Positions 25,515 to 34,749 of a DNA stretch of 64,000 nt are shown one piece after another. Source of the stretch: Rhodosorus marinus CCMP1338 (taxonomy: Eukaryota > Plantae > Rhodophyta); NCBI GenBank assembly GCA_029953675.1, contig JAMWBK010000011.1:434001-498000 (forward strand), given 5' to 3'. The notes beneath the pieces are model-generated. The model had not been told where the DNA came from. It worked only from the letters and a program-made list of their open reading frames with translations, and made no database searches. How positions within the stretch are numbered: position 1 is the first letter of the stretch; each line of letters starts with the position of its first letter. The position numbers and the translations under genes are program-made.

Positions 25515-26640
25515 GTAGGCTTTCCCTTTGGGTACAACAGGGTGATCCCTTGTCCCCTTTCCTACATGCCTGTGGACTACAACTCGTCTTGCTTTGTCTT
25601 CGCTCCGAATTCCCGCAGGTTCGTACGGTTGCATACCACGACGACGTGTGCCTCCTGGGGCCTCCCGATACTCTAGCGCTCGCTTATGATCGTCTCCGCT
25701 CCTTGGCTTCGCGGGTTGACTTGGAGGTTGATCATCACAAATCGTTCTACTGGGGAGGTGTACCTGCACAAGAGCAGCGTCGTTCCAGGATATTTGGAGA
25801 CCGGATGGTTTTGTCCACTTAGGCATCCCCTACGGGTCGCCGTCCTTCGTTGAAGGCGAGTTGCTGCAGCTCCTCGGTAAGCACAGACAGCTGGTTGCAG
25901 AGCTTCGACGGCTACCTCCGGGCTCTCTCCAGTGCTCGTTGTTGCTGTTTCGGTATTGTTGCAGTCAGCGGTTAACCTATTGGCTCCGCTCACTTCCAAC
26001 TCATTGGGGCCGGTGGTTGGCCACTCGTGCGGATGCTGAAAGTTTCCGTGACCTTGGGTATTTTCTCGATGAGGAGCTGAGCGCTCTGTCGCGACCCACC
26101 TGTGATGTGAACTTCGGCCTATAGTCCGGCAAGCCGGTCTGGAAATCGAACGTCAAAAACCTTTACCCGTCGCGGACTTTCAAAATGATGAACGCCGTGT
26201 AGCCGACCGGGTGATCACCTGTGACGACAGCCGCCGTACCACATACGTTGATCTTGCTGTTCCTAACCCTCAAGCTAGTCGTTATCCCCCGGCTGCGGGG
26301 GAGCGCCGTGGATCTGCCGCCGCCAGCATGAGACGCCGCAAAGAGATCAAATACGCGGGGGCTTTGTCTTCCCCTGGTGTTCGTGCTTCGGCACTAGCAC
26401 ATCGCTTGGTACCCCTGATCATTGAGTGCTTTGGGCTCATGGACTCTGTTGGTTCTCGCTGGCTTCGGGAGTTGTTCCGCGAACGCCCTGACCGTCTTCA
26501 ATCGTTGTTTACCCGCTTAAGTTTCCTGCTGTGGCGCATGAATGCCGCTTTGATGTTGGAGGCGCGAGTACTTCGCCGCGCTTAGTCTTTTTTTCCCCTC
26601 GGGGTTTTTTTTTTTCAGCCTCCGATTAAACCATTCGTTC
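25515..26640 (+). mobile_element. Family A element with reverse transcriptase motifs, internally deleted and frameshifted
   Basis: Encodes VQQGDPLSPFLHACGLQ...VAYHDDVCLLGP. An internal deletion at ~26108 joins the thumb region to the RLE region. The A-type 3' tail is present. Confidence 0.9.
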
Positions 26641-26692
26641 GGTTAAAAATAAGTCTGAGCAACGTTTACCGCACCTGCATTTGGAAATACTG

Positions 26693-26805
26693 GACTTTAC
26701 TAGCATAGCCTGAAGCGCTACGCAAGGCGTGAAGATGAACTAATAACTAGGGAGGGAAGTATGCAACCCCAGGCGCCGATGGCGCGCCTCGGAAAGCATG
26801 TCGCT
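26693..26805 (-). mobile_element. Family C 3' fragment
   Basis: Family C terminus in reverse orientation, with TSD atactg at 26687-26692 and 26806-26811. Confidence 0.75.
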
Positions 26806-27512
26806 ATACTGAAGGGCGTTTGCTAAGGACTCCCCTCCAATTTAAGTTTTTCGAACCTGAATAGAAAATAAACGCAGAGGCTTCGTCCTCTAAATGCTCC
26901 GATAACGACCGATTGCTGTCCGGCATCGCAAACTTCCTTTCGGCATGCGATTGTTCTACTCCCAGTCCTTGCCCCACAAACAACGGTACGGCAAGGGGGG
27001 CTATTATTTCACAAGTACCATGATTCGTTACATGACAGGTTCGCGAGCTGAGATATATAATCAGAAATCATGGCGTGAGACGGAGGTTCTCATACCAAGA
27101 AATAGCTATGATCCAAAAGACTGATCCGGAAATGAAATGATTGATTATTGGACTAGCGTTGATTGAACATCGAATGTGTATCTTGAAGTTCTCTTTCAAC
27201 CCCCCTTCCAATTAGGGAATATGCCACAATCTGCCCCCGCTCGGAACCTTTGTCAATATTCAGAGAAGCAAGCTACCCTGAGGCGTGGAGAGTGAGATGA
27301 TGATGACTCTCGTCCAAGAGAACAGGGCTGCTGCGGAGAGAAATCTGCAGGACGAAATTCTTCCAATCTCTCTGGTCTGTCCGCGCTTCCTAGCCTAACC
27401 TATTTGGGGACCTCAGTCTCCCAATCAAAACCGATCTGGCAATCAAATCAGAAAATTACAAACTGAAAACATGCTCTGAGGGGGGGGGGGGCACTCGCAC
27501 TTCTAGGACATC

Positions 27513-27590
27513 GACGAATGGTTTAATCGGAGGCTGAAAAAAAAAACCCCCAGGGGAAAAAAGACTAAGTGCGGCGAAGAACTCGCGCCT
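27513..27590 (-). mobile_element. Family A 3' end (short)
   Basis: Sequence gacgaatggtttaatcggaggctgaaaaaaaaaacccccaggggaaaaaagactaagtgcggcg. Confidence 0.85.
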
Positions 27591-27699
27591 GATATTCTTT
27601 TTTTGGACGGAGAAGCAGAAAACATGAACGGGTCTTCTGCTTATTGTAGTCATCGGATTGACATTCATCGGCATGAGGCTGTCTATTATTAGTAGTTGT

Positions 27700-27965
27700 G
27701 GTCTTGCACGCGGATTGTAAGTTCTTTTCGCGATTCGGCGGTGACGTACCGGTTTGTCCCCCTCATTAGTAAACGCTTTGGCTTGATAGATAGTGTAGGT
27801 TCTCGCTGGCTGCGAGGTATCTTTCGCAACGACCCAGGGCGACTAGATAGTCTGCTCACGGAGCATTCTTTGACCCTGTGGCGCTCAAATGCTGCTTTGT
27901 TTGTAGACACGCGTCATCAGCGTCTTGTCTCTCGCTTCTCAGAGTAGTTAGGATCTGAATAAACG
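27700..27965 (+). mobile_element. Family B-like 3' fragment
   Basis: Encodes FRDSAVTYRFVPLISKRFGLIDSVGSRWLRGIFRNDPGRLDSLL...RFSE* followed by ctgaataaac. Confidence 0.85.
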
Positions 27966-29271
27966 CGAAGTCCAATAGTCAATCATTTCATTTATGGATC
28001 AGCCTTTGTATCAATAACTATTTCTTGGTATTCTCATACCAAGAATTAATGACATGAGAAAGAGGCGAGAACCTCTTTCTCATGTCATGACTTCTAATGA
28101 ATGAATTATGTCTCGGCTTGCGAAAAAAAGACTATCACGTAACGAATCATGACTACTAGTGAAATGATAGTCTGCCGTACCGTTGTTTGTGGGGCAAGGA
28201 CTGGGAGTAGAACAATCGCATTCCTAAAGGAAGTTTAAGATACCGGACGGCAATCGGTCGTTATCGGAGCATTTAGCGGACGTAACCTCTACGTTTATTT
28301 TCTATTCAGGTTCGAAAAACTTAAATTGGAAGGGAGTCCTCGGCAAACGCCCTTCAGTATTTCCAAATGCAGGTGCGGTAAACGTTGCTCAGACTTATTT
28401 TTAACCTATGCAATCGGACGTTCTTTTTTCGGACGGAGATGACAACGCTATGCAGGCTTAAAACACCGTAATCCTCATCCGGAACTAAGAGTTCGTTTGG
28501 AAAGCAAGTACAAGTCTTGGCCGCGCGTCCGCGACATTAGACGGACAGAAATTTAGCATTTCTCCCTTGTTTCTAGTCCCCCTTCACGCAGTGAGTAGCG
28601 TTTCAGGCTAGCTAGTAAGTCGATCCAGTATAAGTATACACAATCTATTTTTGAATCGCGCTAGAAAGTTTGAGCGCGTGTGTAAAAGAGAGACTCCGAA
28701 TGCGGACTGTCACTGAAACTCTCTAATAAGCGCTGACAGTTAGTGCGGCACGAGCGTGGGGGTGGCAGTTACGAACTAGTTCACCGGGTTCGGTTGTGTG
28801 AAGCACTGCGAAATGAACTTATTTTGCTTTCCAATTGTCACAGACTCCCCTTCAGAAAGCCGATGGTTACCGTCAGCAGCGTCAGGCAGCGTGGAGGTGG
28901 CAGTCGCTCCGGTCATTGCTCTGGGCGGAACGAGGTACATTTCTCCGCCAAGGAATACCGGAATTTCCAGGCCTCACGTACTCGATCAGCCTCCGATTAA
29001 ACCATTCGTTCGATCTCGCAGGAATGTTTGTTCACAGGCTTTGCGCGAATACCTGGTCCGTGATATTTCGCTGCGGTAGGTAGCTGCCGAATAAAGGCTA
29101 CGGGGTTATAAGTAAAGCGACGCAAGCTAGGTGTTGGGATATGGGAGAAGTCCTGCATTGGTAGAAGCGGGAAATCTGATGAGCGCTGAGAACTAAATTT
29201 GCAGAGGAGCGAAAGAGTTTGCAGACCGTCTGTAGAAGTTGTCTATTTGGTGTAGAAAGATTGGATTGAAC

Positions 29272-30351
29272 ATGATGAGGTTGAGTGCTTTAATTCTGGT
29301 CACCCTATTAGGGTTCACAGTGGCGGTTCCATTGATGCAGAAAGTTCATCTTGCTAAGAACGTACAGGCAGATGTTCAATCTCGGGCACTCCTAGCAGCC
29401 GGGGTTGAGGTTGAGAAGGCCGGGCCAGGGGTTGAGGTTGAGTCGGCCGAAGCTCGCCGTGGGGTTGAGGTTGAGGCGGCAGAAGCTCGCCGTGGGGTTG
29501 AAGACCCTGTAGCCCGCACTTTTTTTCTAGATGAGGCGCTTGGAAGCCTGGTTGAGGTTGAGGAGGCTGGAGCCCTGGTTGAGGCTGTTGACGTTGGAGC
29601 AGGCGTTGAGGTTGAGAACCACGTAACCCGCACTTTTTTTATAGGTGAGGATGCTGGAGCCGGGGTTGAGGTTGAGGATGCTGGAGCAGGCGTTGAGGTT
29701 GAGAACGTAGCCCGCACTTTTTTTCTAGATGAGGCGCTTGGAAGCCTGGTTGAGGTTGAGGAGGCTGGAGCCCTGGTTGAGGCTGTTGACGTTGGAGCAG
29801 GCGTTGAGGTTGAGAACCACGTAACCCGCACTTTTTTTATAGGTGAGGATGCTGGAGCCGGGGTTGAGGTTGAGGATGCTGGAGCAGGCGTTGAGGTTGA
29901 GAACGTAGCCCGCACTTTTTTTCTAGATGAGGCGCTTGGAAGCCTGGTTGAGGTTGAGGAGGCTGGAGCCCTGGTTGAGGCTGTTGACGTTGGAGCAGGC
30001 GTTGAGGTTGAGAACCACGTAACCCGCACTTTTTTATAGCTGAGGATGCTGGAGCCGGGGTTGACTTTGAGGATGCTGGAGCAGGCGTTGAGGTTGAGAA
30101 CGTAGCCCGCACTTTTTTTCTAGATGAGGAGGCTGGAACCGGGGTTGAGGCTGATACGGCCGAAGCTCGCCTTGGGTTTGAAGAGCCCGTAGCCCGCGTT
30201 CAAGTTGAGGAGGAAGGAGGCGGGGTTGAGGTAGAGGAGGCTGGAGCAGGAAGGCGTTCAGGTTGAGGAGCCCGGATCCAGCCCTGAGGTTCCCGTACAA
30301 TTCGTTGGAATTTCGGAAACAAGAGATCAAACTATCAACAAATTCAACTAG
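29272..30351 (+). CDS. Secreted Glu/Val-rich repeat protein, copy 4, with a novel 66-aa (198-bp) repeat; stop at 30039
   Basis: Same signal peptide. Repeat units start at 29512, 29710, 29908 and 30105. A T6 (instead of T7) run at ~30030 creates TAG. The tail VPVQFVGISETRDQTINKFN* is out of frame. Confidence 0.75.
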
Positions 30352-30434
30352 AGTGAATCTGGTAAACAACTCTAGTCGCTTGTTCTAGAAATGTCGCGCG
30401 AGCTTAAACTGCACTGCCACCTGGATCGGTACCA

Positions 30435-30680
30435 CATGAAATAATACGAGTATAAAAAGTATGAACAACAATAAAAAGTAAACAAAAAATATGAAAAAGA
30501 GGTTAGCTTAGCTGGGCTCACGTTAGTCTGGCGTTCAACAACATAGCAGCGTTTGAACGCCAGAGATTCAGAAACAGCTCCGTGAAGGTGCTAACCAGAA
30601 CCCAAGGTCGCAACAAAAGAGCGCACGAAGCTGACTAGAATCTACAAGATCAACTCGGAGTTGCACCGCTAGCAACTGCT
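30435..30680 (-). mobile_element. Degenerate RLE element with a long T-rich 3' UTR (family D)
   Basis: The minus strand resembles the LFTELFLNLWRSNAAML C-terminus (frameshifted). An A-rich tract lies at 30435-30500 on the plus strand. Confidence 0.5.
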
Positions 30681-32739
30681 CATGGCTGAATTCTGGTGCC
30701 AATGGTCTCCATTCAACTCGGAGTTACATTCCCCGTGTCTGCTCACCATGCGAAGTATGGGGTGCTGCTTCGCCTCTCAATGACTCCCCCACCGTTCCAA
30801 ATTATTGGAGGGTTTTGGTTTTGCCGCTTTTTGGGGAACCAGCGCGGGTGCTTTCCGTGTCTCCTGGGATCGCGCTTCGAATCCGAGCGTTGGTCAGTTT
30901 TCAATCGTGGTTTCTACCTGGATACGTGTTCTCACCTGCGATGCAGCAGACGGAGCCCTTGGCCCCATCAAGAGCGGAAAGGGGTTCCAGAGTTAACCTG
31001 CGCGGCGGCAGAGTGCCTTCCGGTGGGCCCTTGTTGGCATCTTGTCCGCAGGTCCTAGCCGCCCGGACTCGACGCTACCTGCCAGCGTCTGTCTGCTCGA
31101 CGTCAAGGCGCTGCAGCTCGGTCAATGCTGCAACTGAAGGAATCCCAGTACGCTGCGGCTATGTTGGACTCTTCACTTCGCGATTCGGCATTGTCCAATC
31201 GGTTTGTTCCACACATCATAGAGTGCTTTTCTTTGGTTTTTTGATAGTGTAGGTTCCCGTTGGCTTCGTCGGCTCTTTCGAAACAACCCAGGTCGTCTTG
31301 ATAGCCTGCTCACGGAGCTGTCCTTGACCCTCTAGCGTTCCAACGCTGCTTTATTGTTGGACGCCCCCGGAACCTCGTCAACAGATCCGTTTATTCAGAG
31401 CGTCATCAGCGTCTTGTTTCTCCCTTCTCCGGGTATTTAGGATCTGAATAAATGGACGATGCAGTAGGGCCTAACAGCATCGCGTCGGCGTCTCTTGTGG
31501 TACGAAAGTAGCTCCGTTTTTGTCGGCTGTGACTAGCTTGGTTGAGACCAAGCTAGCTGAGGCTGCTTGGGAGGAAGGAGCTCTCTCGCAGCTCGTCGAG
31601 AGCCTGGGAGCGCCGGTGTCCAGTCTCACGAGGAGCCCCAGTTTGATCTTGTAGAGCGTGTCCCCCCCCCCCCCCGCGGGCGACGACCGAAAGGGGGGTC
31701 AGTCAACGCGCGTGAGTCAGTCAAAACTCCCTTATCCCGGCACAGCAACGGTTGGCGGTTCCGGCGCGGGGCAGTGTGAGAGTCCCTAGTGGCCCCGGGG
31801 GCCCTGGCCGGGTCTCAGCTCTCGGAGGCTGACGGTGATCACGATGGAGGACAGGCAGGGCGATGTACGGACTCCACCAGTTAGGAGCGGTGGTGGAGAG
31901 GACGGAGGGACCCCACCTTGGGGCAAAATTCTCCAGGTACGCCATCACATGAGCCGGCGGTGCTCCTGCGAAGCAATGCCAAGAAAGCTGGTCAGTCTCA
32001 TCAGGTTTACTCAGAGCCCAACTACCCTGAGAATAGAGAGACAAGACGCTGATGACGCGCGTCTACAAACAAAATCTACAACCAAAGCAGCAGTTGAGCG
32101 CGACAGGGTCAAAGAATGCTCCGTGAGCAGACTATCTAGACGCCCTGGGTCGTTGCGAAAGATACCTCGCAGCCGGCAAGAACCTACACTATCTATGAAG
32201 CCAAAGTATTCAATAATGAGGAGGATAAACCGTATGTCACCACCGAATTGCGAAAGGTAGGGTTTGACATCGCTGCCGCGTACTGGGATTCTTTAACATG
32301 CCGCATGGACCGAGCTGCAGCGCCAGTCGCCTGAGGACAAGGGATGGAGAGGTCAACGTACTAACGGCGACGCGCATTTAGGTCAAACACAACGAGATCC
32401 GGCACCCGCTGTATCGCTGGGGCGTCACTCTCGTCAGCAATCTCCCTTGCTACCGCCAGAGGGACCTCATACTCCACTTCTCGGTCCGTACCGAGCGATT
32501 CAGAACAAAGGTAGCGGAAAAGCAACCGGTTGAGCCGCGTATGGGGTTTGGCCCGAGCCCCTTGAACCTCCGCACAAGACGCCACAAGTGCGCACCATAA
32601 TCACCCCAAGGCACATTGGCCCCGTACAATGCACATCGAGAATCCCGCTCAACAGGCCAAGCGGGTTGCGGCAGCCCCAGGTACAATCGCAAGCTTACAC
32701 GCACACCCACAAACTAGCGTTTAGATAGTCTGCTCACGG

Positions 32740-33842
32740 ATACTTACCTGGCCGGGCCGATCGCTCCTCACGTAAGAGCATCTGCTTGGATGAGAGTGAG
32801 TATGCTCACTCTCATCCAAGTGACGTGCTATGGCACGTCACTTTATCTTTTCGGGCATCTGTGGCAGTCTCGCTTGACTCCTACGAAGTAACCTCTGTGT
32901 GACTGTCGACGGCTTAATTTCTGACATGGGGAGATTGATGATCTGTTTATTCAGAGGCTAACTACCCTGAGAAGCGAGAGACAAGACGCTGATGACGCGC
33001 GTCCACAAACAAAGCAGAATTGGAGCGCCACAGGGTCAAAGAAAGCTCCGTGAGCAGACTATCTAAACGCCCTGGGTCGTCGCGAAACAGAGCTCGCAGT
33101 CAGCCAGAATCTACACTATCTATCAAGCCAAAGCGCTTAATGATGAGGGGAACGAACCGGTATGTCACCGCCGAATCGCGAAAGGTAGGGTTTGACATCG
33201 CTGCCGCGTACTGCGAATCTTTCACTTGCCGCATGGACCGAGCTGCAGCTCCTCGGCGCCGAGCCGACGCAGGCAGCTACCTGGTCGCCTGAGGACAAGG
33301 GATGGAGAGGTCAATGTACTCACTGCGACGCGCATTGAGGTCAGTCACAACGAGATCCGCCACCCGCTGTACCGCTGGGGCGTCACTCTCATCAGCAATT
33401 TCCGATGCCACCGCCAGAGGGACCTGATACTCCACTTCTCGGTCCGTACCGAGCGATTGAGAACGAAGGTAGCGGAAAAGCAAGCGGTTGAGCCGCGTAT
33501 GGCGTCTGGTCCGGGCCCCTTGAACCTCCGCACAAGACGCCAACAGATGCGCACCATAATCACCCCACGGCATATTGGCCCCCACAATGCGCATCTAGAA
33601 TCCCGCTCAACAGGCCAAAGGAGTTGCGGCAAGCTCAGGTAGAGTCGTAAGCTTACACGAAGTTCGAGATCGATAAGCGCCAACCGCGGATACGAAGGTA
33701 TGGCCGTAAAGAAACGGGAGCTGAGACTCCCCCAAAAACCCCGCAGGCGAGCGAAAGTCGACGCCGAGCACGAAGGTAAACTCAGAAGGGTGGCATGCGA
33801 GTCCCGATGTATTGGGAGATTCGCGTTCGCGCGACCTCCCCT
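32740..33842 (+). ncRNA. U1: U1 snRNA copy, probably a retroposed pseudogene, split into 32740-32936 and 33814-33842 by a retroelement
   Basis: 5' end ATACTTACCTGG. Helix H GCCG (32751-54) pairs with CGGC (32910-13). SL1 loop CTCACGTAA. Sm site AATTTCTG (32916-23). SL4 GGGGAGATTCGCG-TTCG-CGCGACCTCCCC is recovered after removing the insert. Confidence 0.9.
32937..33813 (-). mobile_element. Family B element (877 bp) inserted in U1 SL4
   Basis: 8-bp TSD gggagatt at 32929-32936 and 33814-33821. Tail gatgatctgtttattcagaggc. Confidence 0.92.
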
Positions 33843-33845
33843 AAC

Positions 33846-34749
33846 TCCCAAAAAAAAACATTTCGTGGGACATACATCGGGACTCCGGTGCCACCCTTCT
33901 GAGTTTACCTTCGTGCTCGGCGTCGACTTTCGCTCGCCTGCGGGGTTTGGGGGGGAGTCTCAGCTCCCGTTTCTTCACGGCCATACCTTCGTATCCGCGG
34001 TTGGCGCTTATCGATCTCGAACTTCGTGTAAGCTTACGACTCTACCTGAGCTTGCCGCAACCCCTTTGGCTTGTTGAGCGGGATTCTAGATGCGCATTGT
34101 GCGGGGCCAATGTGCCGTGGGGTGATTATGGTGCGCATCTGTTGGCGTCTTGTGTGGAGGTTCAAGGGGCCCGGACCAGACGCCATACGCGGCTCAACCG
34201 CTGCTTTTCCGCTATCTTCGTTCTCAATCGCTCGGTACGGACCGAGAAGTGGAGTATCAGGTCCCTCTGGCGATGGCATCGGAAATTGCTGATGAGAGTG
34301 ACGCCCCAGCGGTACAGCGGGTGGCGGATCTCGTTGTGACTGACCTCAATGCGCGTCGCAGTGAGTACATTGACCTCTCCATCCCTTGTCCTCAGGCGAC
34401 CAGGTAGCTGCCTGCGTCGGCTCGGCGTCGAGGAGCTGCAGCTCGGTCCATGCGGCAAGTGAAAGATTCGCAGTACGCGGCAGCGATGTCAAACCCTACC
34501 TTTCGCGATTCGGCGGTGACATACCGGTTCGTTCCCCTCATCATTAAGCGCTTTGGCTTGATAGATGGAGTAGGTTCTGGCTGACTGCGAGCTCTGTTTC
34601 GCGACGACCCAGGGCGTTTAGATAGTCTGCTCACGGAGCTTTCTTTGACCCTGTGGCGCTCCAATTATGCTTTGTATGTGGACGCGCGTCATCAGCGTCT
34701 TGTCTCTCGCTTCTCAGGGTAGTTAGCCTCTGAATAAATGATCATCATC
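33846..34749 (+). mobile_element. Family B 3' portion fused directly downstream of U1
   Basis: CCHC and RLE coding remnants, then ctgaataaatg(atc)3 tail. Confidence 0.9.

Larger units (their letters stand above)
3740..31400. repeat. Segmental tandem duplication: four ~5.5-9 kb units, each ending in a secreted repeat-protein gene
   Basis: The same ordered blocks recur, e.g. aatcaatcatttcatttccggatcagcc at ~7205, 13415, 18810 and a variant at ~27980. The block upstream of the gene recurs at ~7900-8510, 14000-14900, 19430-20050 and 28600-29270. The downstream block ctagagtgaa.ctggtaa.caac recurs at 9880, 15427, 21270 and 30348. Confidence 0.9.

Noticed and set aside
32740-33842. U1 as the specific target of family B (Utopia-like specificity)
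   Set aside because: Only one of many B insertions is in U1. The others are in TE or unrelated sequence with no shared motif.
32937-34749. ~870-bp inverted repeat as a foldback/TIR transposon or twin-priming product
   Set aside because: It is explained by two independent B insertions on either side of the U1 3' end; the left one has its own 8-bp TSD.
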